Source: an uncultured Planctomycetota bacterium (GTDB lineage: Bacteria; Planctomycetota; Planctomycetia; Gemmatales; Gemmataceae). Taken from it: a stretch of 64,000 nt of DNA. Made by a program: the position numbers and the translations under genes. Below the pieces are notes generated by a model. It saw nothing but the letters and a program-made list of their open reading frames with translations, was not told where the DNA came from and did no database searches. The stretch covers positions 14,231 through 78,230 of the forward strand of contig CAVVSQ010000002.1 of assembly GCA_963750865.1 (NCBI GenBank). Direction: 5' to 3'. The first letter of the stretch is position 1; every line of letters starts with the position of its first letter. Of the stretch, positions 1-9,384 are shown in pieces.

Positions 1-230
1 AACCCGAAGTTTACCGGGTCCTCCTTGAAGCAGGCAACAGACAAATCATTCAGCATGAATGGCTGTTTAATCTGGCGGGCAACTCGCATCACGGTCAGCC
101 ATTGACTCGTGGCACGCAGTTTTTTGATTTTCTTGCGGCGAACACCATCCATCTCGGCCCGTTCAATGGCCCGTTCGCGACCTTCGCCTTGATCCACGAG
201 GTCCCACAAGAGAGGATGCGTCTCCGCCAT
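1..230 (-). CDS. hypothetical protein (5' part only, runs off left edge)
   Basis: Stop-free minus-strand frame from ATG at 230 (GGAG just upstream) to position 1: MAETHPLLWDLVDQGEGRERAIERAEMDGVRRKKIKKL... No domain recognised. Absent from ORF track because there is no stop in the window. Confidence 0.35.
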   Translation of the reverse strand, partial: MAETHPLLWDLVDQGEGRERAIERAEMDGVRRKKIKKLRATSQWLTVMRVARQIKQPFMLNDLSVACFKEDPVNFG

Positions 231-571
231 AGCTCCGTCCCAACGGGTCCTTGTTCCGATTTAATCGGGCGACGCCGGTCTGAGCTCAAAAATCCAAAAT
301 ATCGCACAAATCGGCTTATTCCAAGGCAGCTGCTCACAAAAGCGGATTCCCCATGTTGCCGGGGAACGTATTCAATTCGTTGCATAAACTGCCACGTGGT
401 CCATCCTAGGCGGTCTTTCTGGGGAGGCAAACAGCCAAGGTCGTCCCGTGTTACCAGCGGTCACGAGGCCGGTGGCCGAATCTGCCAACGGTTGACACCC
501 AATTGCGACGCGGGGGCTCTGTGAGGTCGAGAAGAACGTCGGACAACGCTACCGCGGCCACAGACCGACGG

Positions 572-817
572 TTACGTTTCGGAAGCCCCGTCTTCAGGGG
601 TGATAAGCTCCAAGTCATCCTCGGACATGTGAGCCGGGAAGGGGTTGTTATTCAAAGTGAGCATTACCCAGTGATAACCTTTGGCCGGCTGCGGGAACAA
701 TTTACCACGTTGATCAACCGCCCGTTGCGGATCAAGCACAACGCCAATCGAGTTAGTAAACGCCCCTTTGGTAATCTTCACGACCGTGCCAGGCAGAAAA
801 CGGTTTTGAAGTGGCAT
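572..817 (-). CDS. small hypothetical protein with KOW-like motif
   Basis: ORF 572..844, trimmed to ATG at 817 preceded by GGAGG. GTVVKITKGAFTNSIGVV resembles a KOW motif. Confidence 0.4.
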   Translation of the reverse strand: MPLQNRFLPGTVVKITKGAFTNSIGVVLDPQRAVDQRGKLFPQPAKGYHWVMLTLNNNPFPAHMSEDDLELITPEDGASET

Positions 818-943
818 GTTATTGCCTCCGGAGGGCAGTCCCATACCGGGTAATTACTCCGGCCGACCCAACGGGCAGAATATGCCCGATTTGCTGCTCC
901 AACCAAAAGAGCTAGCCACTTTAACTGCTTGAACTGCTCCCGT

Positions 944-1372
944 TTATTTCCGGTTGAACTTGGCATAGAACTCCCTGGCTTTGGCGAGGAGTTGGTCGTT
1001 GGTCGTGTGGTGGTCGTCCACGACGACCGAACCGATGATCTTTCCCGCTACATCGGAGTGGTGGTCCTTCAAGTCGGCGAGCAATTGCTCCATCGCACTG
1101 CTCCGGCCCGTTCCGCTCCCGAACAGCAAGACCTGTTCGGCCCCTTGCAGCGTTTTTGCTACCGCCTCGTAGTAGCTTTTGCGTTCGGGCGGACGCTTAC
1201 CGTCCGTCCACTCGTGGGCGGAATGCAGATGCCGCCCATGTCCGTGCGGGTCGTAGGGGGCGATCCGTTCCGGTGTGGCCCCGCTGACCTCGGTGCGGTA
1301 GATCCGTGCTTCTTGGTGGTCGATGACGACCAACAGGTGTGGGGCGGTCTTCTTTTTGTCAGATGTCGCCAT
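944..1372 (-). CDS. hypothetical protein (possibly host-attachment/eRF1-like fold)
   Basis: Intact 142-aa ORF directly downstream of the response regulator on the same strand. Family assignment is only a weak recollection. Confidence 0.5.
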   Translation of the reverse strand: MATSDKKKTAPHLLVVIDHQEARIYRTEVSGATPERIAPYDPHGHGRHLHSAHEWTDGKRPPERKSYYEAVAKTLQGAEQVLLFGSGTGRSSAMEQLLADLKDHHSDVAGKIIGSVVVDDHHTTNDQLLAKAREFYAKFNRK

Positions 1373-1388
1373 AATTCTCTTCCTCTGA

Positions 1389-1805
1389 TTATGTCCGGTG
1401 TTGCGTCGGTGCAGTCGAGGCGGTATTCAGCGTAGGTCGGACCGTTTTGAACATTTCGAGCAGTTTGGCGAGGTCCACGGGCTTTATATAGTAGTGGTCA
1501 AAACCCGTCTCCTGCTGACGCTGACGGTCTGCTTCACTTGGGGTGTGGCCGGTCAACGCGCACATCACCACGTCCTTGAATTCCGGCTTCGCCCGCAAAC
1601 GCTTGGCGACCTCATAACCATCCATCCCCGGCAGGCCGATGTCCATTAGCACTACGTCGGGTCGGGAAGCGGAGGCTAATCTCAAAGCTGCCGGACCACT
1701 CCGAGCTAATTGGACCTCGTGCCCGTACAGCCGCAATAACATGTTCAGGCTGTCGGCGGCATCGACGTTGTCTTCAACCACCAGCACACGCAGAGGTCGG
1801 TCCAT
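1389..1805 (-). CDS. response regulator, receiver domain only (CheY-like)
   Basis: RVLVVEDNVDAADSL...PDVVLMDIGLPGMDGYEVAKRLR...ALTGH...KPVD: canonical REC acidic pocket, T and K positions. Confidence 0.9.
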   Translation of the reverse strand: MDRPLRVLVVEDNVDAADSLNMLLRLYGHEVQLARSGPAALRLASASRPDVVLMDIGLPGMDGYEVAKRLRAKPEFKDVVMCALTGHTPSEADRQRQQETGFDHYYIKPVDLAKLLEMFKTVRPTLNTASTAPTQHRT

Positions 1806-2983
1806 CGTGTTGGCCCGGCTCCAAAGCGGTTTTCACTTCATGCACCGGTGGCCCTAATATTACCGGCAATTTGATGGTGAATTCGCATCCTTTCCCTAAC
1901 CCGGCACTGTACGCTTGCAACCTTCCATCGTGCATCTCCACCAGGTTGTGAGCGAGAGCAAGACCAATGCCTAAGCCGCCGTAGGACCGACCGAGTGAGC
2001 CGTCTACCTGCGTGAATAGCTCGAAGACGTGACGGAGCAGTTCGGGGGCGATGCCGACGCCGTTATCCAGCACTCGTATCACGGCCTCGCTCCCCTCTTG
2101 GTTGAGCGTCATCCGAATGAGGCCACCCGTGTCGCTGTACTTGGCCGCGTTGTTGAGCAGGTTGACCACGACCTGCTCCAAGCGAGCCGGGTCTGCTTGC
2201 ACCCAAATGGGTTTGGTGGGAAGCGACACCGAGAAATCGTGTTTGCGTGCATCCATGAAGGGACGGGCCGTCTCGCCTGCATGGTTGACGACCGCACGCA
2301 ATTCCACATGCTCTTTGGTAAGCCGTAATTTCCCTTTGGTAATCCTGCTGATGTCTAAAAGGTCGTCAACCAAGTCGCACCATTACTCCCACTTGGCGGT
2401 TGATGATGTTTCCGGCTTGCTCGATGATCGGGTCGTTCGTCTTCATCTGCCGCAGGATGTTCAAGGCGTTGAGAATCGGCGACAGGGGACTGCGTAATTC
2501 GTGGGAAAGCAAAGCCATGAAGTTTTCTTTGCTTCGATTGGCGTCGGCTAGATCGTCTGCCCGCTCGCGTTGGGCCTGCACTGCCTCGTTTTCGGTAAGG
2601 TCGTGCATCACTCTGGCGAATGACCGCGCCTTTTTGTTCTCGTCGAACAACGGCGTCACGACGGACTGACACCAAAAACGGGTATCATCCTTGCGAACCT
2701 GCCAGCAATAACTGTCAGCCCGACCTTGAGCCGAAGCCGTCTTGAGTTCATGCTCGGGTTGACCCGTGAGAATGTCTTCGGGCGAAAAGAAACGGGAAAA
2801 GTGCTTGCCAATCACTTCATTGGCTTGGTAGCCGAATATACGTTCCGCTCCTGGGTTCCAACACAGCACTTGCCCTTCCAGGCCGACCAGAAAAATGGCG
2901 TATTCCTTGGCATCCGTCGCCAGCAGGTCGAATCGCTCTCCCATTTCTTGTGATGAGAGGTTGCTTGAGTCATCTGAGTTCAT
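1774..2983 (-). pseudogene. PAS sensor histidine kinase, one frameshift
   Basis: ORF 2366..2983 gives PAS plus HisKA (FMALLSHELRSPLSPI). ORF 1774..2373 gives HATPase_c (N, G1, G2 boxes). Frames join as ...QVGVMVRL/VDDLLDISRI with one extra G near 2370. Confidence 0.85.
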
Positions 2984-3292
2984 GGCTTACCTTTCTGCAG
3001 ACTGATTCCGCTCTCGCCGCCAGGCAAGAGCCCTCCGTGCTTAGGATGGGCGGATTGGTTAGATGGCCATCACCTTTTTGAGGTTGACTGCCAAATAAGA
3101 AAAGATGGCCATCCGGCCAGTTTGACTGGTTCATTCTACGCGCGTTGACGACTAAAAGCCAGCAAATGTTCAAGAGCCACCGTCTGCCGGAGGAGATCCC
3201 TGCCCCCGTGGCCTTTGGTCACCGCCAGGCCGCTGAAGCCCCTCGCCTCCGGCACCTTGGGACGAATTGACGCTCAGGCCAGCACGGGTCAG

Positions 3293-3748
3293 CTATGCGA
3301 CATCGGGTGTAGCCCGCCGACCTGTGATCCCGTCGATGCGGATTCGATAGTAGATGGCCTGTGAAGGCTCAGTTGAACCCTGTGGCCCCTTGGCGGCATC
3401 GCCGGGTTCCCACCAGTTCGCATTCTGCTGAAGTAATTCAAATGCTCGCAGGCGTTCTTGCACCCACTGGGAAGAGTCCGGCAACTCCTCATACTGCCCG
3501 ATAATGATAACGCTCGTCCAGTGATCGAAGCTCTTGATGTCATCAAATTCCACGCAAACATGGGGATTGGCCCGCATCCACTCGACCTTCTGGCCTGGCA
3601 TCGTAAAGCCGTAAAGGAATGGTCTGAGATACCTCAAAAAAAGGGGGACGATGTAAGGCTGATTCTCGCGGGCACAGGCCAGCCTGGCGAGCCGGGCCGA
3701 TGACAGCATGGTCAAGGACTCGTCCCATGTCATCTCTTGAACGACCAT
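3293..3748 (-). CDS. pyridoxamine 5'-phosphate oxidase family (flavin-binding split barrel) protein
   Basis: LARLACARENQPYIVPLF...ANPHVCVEFD...WTSVIIIGQYEEL pattern typical of the Pyridox_ox_2 family. ATG at 3748 chosen over the TTG at 3772. Confidence 0.75.
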   Translation of the reverse strand: MVVQEMTWDESLTMLSSARLARLACARENQPYIVPLFLRYLRPFLYGFTMPGQKVEWMRANPHVCVEFDDIKSFDHWTSVIIIGQYEELPDSSQWVQERLRAFELLQQNANWWEPGDAAKGPQGSTEPSQAIYYRIRIDGITGRRATPDVA

Positions 3749-3893
3749 GATCCACCCCTTCCACGAAACCAATTTTTCTCAAGTGGACAGATTCCCGGCC
3801 AATTAAGGAGGCGGGAAAGCGAAGATATTTGCGCTTTTACACCAATAGAGGCCCACGCCCGCTTCCCTCCAGGACCTTTCGGTCACCGCCCTA

Positions 3894-4008
3894 GCGACGT
3901 TAGCATTGATAACGTTTCCTTTCAACGCAGCCATTCGCCGTTATTCCATGGGGGGATTACTGCCCCATTTCAAGCCTTGATTTGTGCCATTATTTCGGCG
4001 AGGATGAC
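3894..4008 (+). repeat. repeat family R1, copy a (3' fragment only)
   Basis: Aligns by eye with 5990-6101 and 7530-7643. Contains the reverse 18-mer GGATTACTGCCCCATTTC at 3954..3971. Confidence 0.8.
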
Positions 4009-4119
4009 ACATGCCCGACTCACGCTGATTCCCCTGGGACTAGGCGTGTACTTCCTTTGCCAAACATATACCACATCCCACATTTATCAAAAACGCGCTG
4101 GGCGGAGCGACACTGAATG

Positions 4120-4542
4120 TTACCGACGGACAAAAATGAGCAAGGCAGGCTTTTCTCCTGGGCCACCAATGAAGTCCCTTGGCGGCACCTTGTCGTCGTC
4201 GGCTACACAAATTCGCAGCCTTGCATCCGACAATGAGTAGATCCCAACCACAGTTCGATTGCTGAAGTTGAACGTGATCTGATTTGGACTCTTGGCAGTA
4301 TCACAGGCAAAGGTTCCACTAGCAAGGTGTTTGCGGCCTTCGGCATTCTGAAAAGTGAATTTATCGTCAGTGAAGGTGATGATCGTCGGCCCTCCCATCG
4401 TGGCGGGTAGATCGAACTCGAACGACCCCGACATCTGACGCCTCTCCCACTTACCTTGAAGCTTTTCTGATCCACTTCTTGAATCGCACCCTACTGTAAA
4501 AAAGAAGATGACTGCCCAGGCTCGGAAATAACGCTTAAACAT
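4120..4542 (-). CDS. TIGR03067-type (planctomycete lipocalin-like) secreted protein
   Basis: 140 aa from ATG 4542. Has an N-terminal hydrophobic segment and the pattern GKWE...ITFTDDKFTF...GTF..D..K.PNQITF...GIYSL.DARLRIC...PPRDF. The upstream part of ORF 4120..4980 lies in repeat R1 and is rejected. Confidence 0.7.
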   Translation of the reverse strand: MFKRYFRAWAVIFFFTVGCDSRSGSEKLQGKWERRQMSGSFEFDLPATMGGPTIITFTDDKFTFQNAEGRKHLASGTFACDTAKSPNQITFNFSNRTVVGIYSLSDARLRICVADDDKVPPRDFIGGPGEKPALLIFVRR

Positions 4543-4694
4543 GCGCGTCACTTTGTTGATTGGAATGCTTCCTTGCAGCCACACATTGCAAATCGTCATC
4601 ATGTGCCGTTCCAGACCGGCCCGGCAATATCTCTGATTGTGAAATCGTTGGTCCTGAGCTTCACAGAAAGTCGCCGTTCCGCATCGTGCAACCC

Positions 4695-5065
4695 CTACGA
4701 AATCCCGCCATATTCTCCCGGAAGAAATAGGGCAGTAATTCGCTTCCGTTGGGCCAGGGCGGCAGTGCCCCGAGCTTCCGCACCGAGACTCGCTAAACCC
4801 ATTCCTGCGGCTGATTATAGCATGCGGAGGGCCGCCGTTGCCAGGGCGAGGGGCGTTTTCTTCTAATGCCTTCCGATTTCTTGCGCTGAGCCAGGCGAGA
4901 TCGTGTCGGGACTGGTTTACGGCCAAAAGAGGCGAGAACAAGGACCCCCTTAAAACAGGGTGTGGTCGTCGTGGCATCAAGGAATGAGCCGCACGAAACC
5001 ATCGTTTTCCCTTGTAACAGCGTCATTCGCGCACGAGCAGTTCCTGACCACGCATCGGCCCCTGG
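4695..5065 (+). repeat. repeat family R1, copy b (5' and middle parts)
   Basis: Aligns with 7076-7375 and 8143-8190/8271-8411. Forward 18-mer GAAATAGGGCAGTAATTC at 4724..4741. Similarity stops at 5065, where the transposase remnant begins. Confidence 0.8.
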
Positions 5066-5093
5066 GTACTGTCTTGCTTTGGTAGCTTTCACC

Positions 5094-5283
5094 ATGGTCC
5101 CCGTTGAGAACGTCCAGGTCGATGAAATCTGGGGGTTTGTTGGCTGCAAAGGAAAGACCGCCGTTCGCAAGGGGGATGGACCGGAAGTAGGAGACACCTG
5201 GTGCTTCACTGGTATTTCACGCGACACCAAGATAATTCTGGCCTGGCATCTTGGCAAGCTAACCGCTACCGATGCCCTGGCGG
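5094..5283 (+). pseudogene. IS1-like DDE transposase remnant (about 60 aa)
   Basis: VQVDEIWGFVGCKGK...GDTWCFTGISRDTKIILAWHLGK matches the (V/L)QxDE(I/M)W(S/A)FVGxK...W....D..TK block of IS1-type transposases. N- and C-terminal parts are absent. Confidence 0.55.
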
Positions 5284-5404
5284 AACCATGGTCATTGCAA
5301 AAACTGCTTGCGGAAGCCGCGCCAATCTAGATAATGATGAAGGAAAGGATTTGCCCCAATTGCTCTGGAAAAAAACAATGCCACTCAATTAAGGCGTTAG
5401 TTGC

Positions 5405-5716
5405 ATGGCTTCTCAAGAAGACCCCTTGCGCCAGATTGCGGAATCGCTTGCCAACCTGGAGCGCCTGTACGCTGACAGCCTGCGCCGTCAGGAAGAGCAG
5501 ATCAAGCGATCAGAAGATCGCCAAAAGGTATTTGATGAGAGTCAAAAGATATTTGATGAGAGGCAAAAAAGGTGGGCCAAAATAGATGAAGAATTGGAAA
5601 AACATGGCTTATTTACTCAAAATCCTCGGCTGCACCTGAGTCGGATTGGTCATTTTTTGATCGTTGCTTCCCTATTAATTCTCGCCTTTACCGTTTTTAT
5701 TATGGCACGCCGTTGA
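5405..5716 (+). CDS. hypothetical coiled-coil, C-terminally membrane-anchored protein
   Basis: Intact 103-aa ORF with a charged heptad-like N-terminal part, an internal duplication (KVFDESQKIFDERQK) and a C-terminal TM (FLIVASLLILAFTVFIMA). AT-richer than its surroundings. Confidence 0.5.
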   Translation: MASQEDPLRQIAESLANLERLYADSLRRQEEQIKRSEDRQKVFDESQKIFDERQKRWAKIDEELEKHGLFTQNPRLHLSRIGHFLIVASLLILAFTVFIMARR

Positions 5717-5783
5717 ACGGAATCACACCATCCGGAATTCTCTTGGTGACGATTTTTGTTGCAACGCAATCGTAGGACAGTAC

Positions 5784-6101
5784 CAGCCCCTGAAAAGCAT
5801 ACCCCAGGCGATTGCATCCTCATAGCCACTCTTGGCCGCTGACCCTTCTTCCCATCTCAACCACCATGGCATTCGCATCGAGGCGACCGTTCCGGCCCAG
5901 CGTCCACGTGCCTTTCCATGGAGTAAAACACGGAATTGTTCGTCACGGGATGCTGTCGTTGCTTGGAATTGTGGACGCGGCGTTGGCATTGATAACGGCA
6001 TGGCTTCCTCCCTTCGAGGCGGTCATTCGCCGCTAAACCAGGGGAGGAATTACTGGCCTATTTCAGGCCTTGATTTGTTCCATTATTTAGGCAAGGATGA
6101 C
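5784..6101 (+). repeat. repeat family R1, copy c (middle and 3' parts)
   Basis: Aligns with 8180-8270 and 7385-7643. Reverse 18-mer GAATTACTGGCCTATTTC at 6047..6064. Confidence 0.8.
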
Positions 6102-6133
6102 AGCTTTTGGACCGGACACACGACCCCCGACGG

Positions 6134-6976
6134 TTACTGACTTTGGTCGGTAATGCGCATGACGATACGAAAGCCTAAGCTATTCCCTCTTAGATGAGGC
6201 TCGATCGAATCGCGGCTTGCCGAACGACATTCTTTGTCACTATCACCATACGATCCTCCGCGAACCACACGCTTTTCTCCCCTTTTAGGACCTTTTGGGT
6301 CTTTTCGGGGGCTAGTTTTATAATAATCCTTACTATACCAATCTTCACACCACTCGGATACGTTTCCATGCATGTCGTACAATGACCACTTGTTCGCCGC
6401 GAACCTACCCACATTACAAGGTTTATTATCACTACCGCCGTTAGGGAAAAAATTTGCTTGACGTAAGGACAGGGTCTGACCAAATGAAAATGCCGTCTTT
6501 GTTCCGGCGCGGCACGCATACTCCCATTCGGCCTCGGTCGGTAGAGTATATGCTTTTTTGTCCTCCCTGGATAACTTTGCACAGAAACGTTTTGCCTCAT
6601 GCCAACTAACTCTTTCGACGGGCAAATTGATTCCTTTGAAGTGACTGGGGTTTTCTCCCGTCACCTTCTCATACTCCCCTTGAGTTACTTCAAACTTGCC
6701 GATGTAGTAAGGATGAGTTATTTCAACTTCATGCTGGATCTCCTCCCTGAGCCGAAGAAACTCCATTTCAGGCGATCCCATAGTGAATTTGCCTGCTTCG
6801 ATCAAAACCAGCTTTAACCCAATGGAGGTCTCAATTTCTTTAGGTAGGAAAGGTTGTTTATTCGATGTTCCCGCGCAAGGTGCCAAACCAATAAAAGGAC
6901 ACGCAAACGCCACTCCTATTGCCAGAATCAGCCAATGCGAATGCCGATTAGTCTCATAGATCCTGGAAGGCAGCAT
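6134..6976 (-). CDS. formylglycine-generating enzyme family (SUMF1/FGE-sulfatase domain) protein
   Basis: GKFTMGSP...HEVEITHPYYIGKFEVTQGEY...VSWHEAKRFC...LPTEAEWEYACRAGT...NVGRF..NKW.LYDMHGNVSEWCEDWY...RGGSY...LGFRIV. N-terminal signal/TM. Visibly lower GC than neighbours. Confidence 0.9.
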   Translation of the reverse strand: MLPSRIYETNRHSHWLILAIGVAFACPFIGLAPCAGTSNKQPFLPKEIETSIGLKLVLIEAGKFTMGSPEMEFLRLREEIQHEVEITHPYYIGKFEVTQGEYEKVTGENPSHFKGINLPVERVSWHEAKRFCAKLSREDKKAYTLPTEAEWEYACRAGTKTAFSFGQTLSLRQANFFPNGGSDNKPCNVGRFAANKWSLYDMHGNVSEWCEDWYSKDYYKTSPRKDPKGPKRGEKRVVRGGSYGDSDKECRSASRDSIEPHLRGNSLGFRIVMRITDQSQ

Positions 6977-7075
6977 ACTAATCCTCTATTAATAGTGATT
7001 AACGATATTATTCTTCAGTTGGCATTCAATTTTTATAGTTATTTTACCTTTTTCCAGGTTTGCATCTTGTGGCCT

Positions 7076-7643
7076 CTACGAAATCCCGGCACATTTTGCC
7101 GGACGAAATAGGGCAGTAATTCGCTGCCGACGAGCCAGAGCGGCAGCACCCCGAGCGTCCGCCGCCTCACCGAGACCCGCAAAACGCATTCCTGGAGCTG
7201 ATTATAGCCTGCCGAGGACTGCCGCTGCTACGCGCACGGGGCATTTTCTTCCAATGGCTTCCGATTTCTCGGCGCTGAGCGAGGCGAGAGCGTATCCGAA
7301 CTGGTTTACGGCCAAAGGAGGCGAGAACGAGGACCCCTTCAAGACAGGGTGTGGTCGCCGTAGCCTCAAGGAATGAGCCACCTCTTGGCTGCCGCCAATT
7401 CTCCCATCTCGACCACCACGGCACTCGCATCGAGACGACCGTTCCGGCCCAGCGACCGCGTGCCTTCCCCTGGAAAAAAACAAGGAATTGTTCGCCACGG
7501 GATGCTGTCGTTGCTCGGATTTGTGAACGCGGCGTTGGCATTGATAACGTTTCCCTTCAACGCGGCCATTCGCAACTATTCCAGGGGAGGAATTACGCCC
7601 TATTTCAGGCCTTGATTTGGGCCATCATTTCGGCGAGGATGAC
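7076..7643 (+). repeat. repeat family R1, copy d (both ends present, middle part deleted)
   Basis: Forward 18-mer GAAATAGGGCAGTAATTC at 7105..7122 and its near reverse complement GAATTACGCCCTATTTC at 7590..7606. Fills the whole divergent gap between genes 6134..6976(-) and 7707..8135(+). Confidence 0.85.
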
Positions 7644-7706
7644 GACAAGTCGATGGGCTGGTCTTGCGGGAGCTGCCAGCGGGCAAAGAAGGAAGGGCAA
7701 TCGGCC

Positions 7707-8135
7707 ATGTCTAGACGTAAGGGAAGCCTGCTGACCGTCGTACTATTGGTCGCGGTGCTACCACCGGGACTGATTGGAGTCCTGTGGATAAGAACGAGCG
7801 CGGCGGAGCCAGGTGTCACAGAGGCCAATTTCCGCTCCATCGATGTGGGTATGGCGGAGAAGCAATGCCGTCAGATTCTTGGAATGCCGAAATCCGCAAC
7901 ACGGGAGCGAGCCCGAGTGGGGATACCAGCGTATCTGGTCGTTCAGTGGGAAGAACTTAAACTAGGACTAACAATCGACATGGTGTTCGATTCAAGCGGG
8001 CGTGCAGAAGGCGGACTTCTTCTCAAGAGGACTTCTCAGAATGGGCAAACCGTTATTGCTTCTCTAAACATGGGGTTGGTGACAGATAGTTCCGAAACTC
8101 TGTTCGCTCGCCTCCGTCGCTGGCTTTGCCGGTGA
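7707..8135 (+). CDS. hypothetical membrane-anchored protein
   Basis: ATG at 7707 followed by RRKGSLLTVVLLVAVLPPGLIGVLWI (signal anchor). No domain recognised. The upstream part of ORF 7617.. lies in repeat R1. Confidence 0.5.
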   Translation: MSRRKGSLLTVVLLVAVLPPGLIGVLWIRTSAAEPGVTEANFRSIDVGMAEKQCRQILGMPKSATRERARVGIPAYLVVQWEELKLGLTIDMVFDSSGRAEGGLLLKRTSQNGQTVIASLNMGLVTDSSETLFARLRRWLCR

Positions 8136-8142
8136 CTAAAAA

Positions 8143-8411
8143 AGCATCATTCCCGCACGAACACTTCCTGACCACGCATCGGCCCCCTGGAAAGCATGCC
8201 CCAGGCGATTCAATCCCCAGAGCCACTCTTGGCCGCCGCCAATTCTTCCCATCTCAACCACTATGGCACTCGCAGTAATTCGCTTCCGACGGGCCAGGGC
8301 GGTACGCCCCGAGCGTCCGCCTCTTCTAGACCCGCTAAACCCATTCCTGGAACTGATTCTAGCCCGCCGTGGGCACCCGTTGCCAGGGCGAGGAGCATTT
8401 TCTTCCAGCGC
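8143..8411 (+). repeat. repeat family R1, copy e (chimeric: middle part, start of 3' part, then 5' part)
   Basis: 8143-8270 aligns with 5025-5065 plus 5784-5870. At ...GGCACTCGCA/GTAATTCGC (about 8270) it switches to the segment seen at 4733-4860 and 7114-7245. Confidence 0.75.
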
Positions 8412-8620
8412 CTGCCGGTTTTCTTCTTCACGTCCGCGTGCTTGTTTGTCCTCAACGGAGGACGCCAAGCACCATCAGCGCCGTGCCGCTTGAAGCAAGG
8501 CAGGACCACGCCCACTTTTACCCTCACGTAATTGCGGCCCCCGCTCCGTCCTTCATCGCCAGAGACGATTTGCAGCCTGCATCACGGAAGATGGCGGCGG
8601 GTCATTGCAATGCGGGAATC

Positions 8621-8914
8621 TTACATAAGGTGTTCGCGAAACCCGTTCGCGGGATCACGATAGATGTATTCAAGGAGCTGCTTGATCTGGAAATTCGCTT
8701 TGCGGAGCGCGGCAGGAGCCATCACAAACGAGACTTTCAGATTCTGTGGGTATGGCAAACCGCTAGCAAGTGTCTCGCGGACTTTCTCGGAGTCAAGCTG
8801 CAGCGCGTATCTAAAACTTCCTCTTACACGAGTTATTCGGTTGCTTTTGTTGATCTCAAGCTTGAATTCGCCGTCTTCTCCGCAAAATCCGAATTGGCGG
8901 TCTTCGCTCGTCAA
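8621..8914 (-). CDS. hypothetical protein (TTG start overlapping upstream stop, or 3' half of a frameshifted gene)
   Basis: 97-aa ORF. Its only start candidate is the TTG inside TCTTGACG, where the upstream ORF stops. Lower GC. Confidence 0.4.
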   Translation of the reverse strand: MTSEDRQFGFCGEDGEFKLEINKSNRITRVRGSFRYALQLDSEKVRETLASGLPYPQNLKVSFVMAPAALRKANFQIKQLLEYIYRDPANGFREHLM

Positions 8915-9168
8915 GATATCGCGCTCATGTAGTCACTGAATTCTTGAATGTACTGGAAGTCCACGTACCCGCCGAACGCTTCTTTGCACCCATCTATTTC
9001 CACATCGATACTGAACCGAATGAGACCCATTATTTCAAAAGCAATCGAGCGGGACGACGTTAGCTGCTTGGTTTTGAACGCCACACGAACCGTTTTGCCG
9101 TTCCAGTTTACTCCGGCAAGTTCGATTGTAGCAAAATCAAGAGTGTCATCTTTACCATCGCCTAACAT
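8911..9168 (-). CDS. hypothetical protein
   Basis: ORF 8911..9273 trimmed to ATG 9168 (MLGDGKDDTLDF...). The Arg-rich upstream extension looks non-coding. Confidence 0.4.
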   Translation of the reverse strand: MLGDGKDDTLDFATIELAGVNWNGKTVRVAFKTKQLTSSRSIAFEIMGLIRFSIDVEIDGCKEAFGGYVDFQYIQEFSDYMSAIS

Positions 9169-9327
9169 TTCACCGACCCTTTTTGCTGCTATCGAATGGA
9201 CACGACGCAGAGCGCGGAGGGCTCGCCGCGCTCCGCGTCGCGTGCCACCTTGTGGCCCCGACAAGCATTTCACCCATCACCAATTTTAGCCAAAACCGGC
9301 TCTTCCTCAACGCCTCGCGAAATCTTT

Positions 9328-9344
9328 GTAAGTCGTACTAGAAA
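9328..9344 (+). promoter_or_regulatory. conserved island motif copy 1 (GTAAGTCGTACTAGAAA)
   Basis: Ends 41 nt before the ardC-1 ATG. Same core at 10386, 15633 and 17282. Confidence 0.55.
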
Positions 9345-9384
9345 CGGCCAGACAAGTGACAAAACGAATCAGCCGGAGACAAAA

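Noticed and set aside
95-524. ORFs 95..430(-) and 102..524(+)
   Set aside because: They overlap the stop-free minus-strand frame that starts at 230 and have an odd composition. They are probably spurious.
4543-4980. N-terminal 146 aa of ORF 4120..4980
   Set aside because: This part lies in repeat family R1 and is Arg/Pro-rich. The TIGR03067-type protein starts naturally at ATG 4542 with a hydrophobic leader.
6134-6976. FGE/SUMF1-domain protein as the variable target of a diversity-generating retroelement
   Set aside because: FGE-fold (C-type-lectin-like) proteins are classic DGR targets. However, I found no reverse transcriptase ORF (no YxDD-type motif), no second copy of the gene's 3' end that could serve as a template repeat, and no Asn/AAY-rich C-terminal variable region.
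7167-7541. 124-aa ORF, and its similar counterpart at 5723..6001, inside repeat R1 as a possible repeat-encoded protein
   Set aside because: The similarity between copies is no greater at the amino-acid level than at the nucleotide level. The composition is Arg/Trp/Pro-rich. The frame is not maintained in copies a, b and e.
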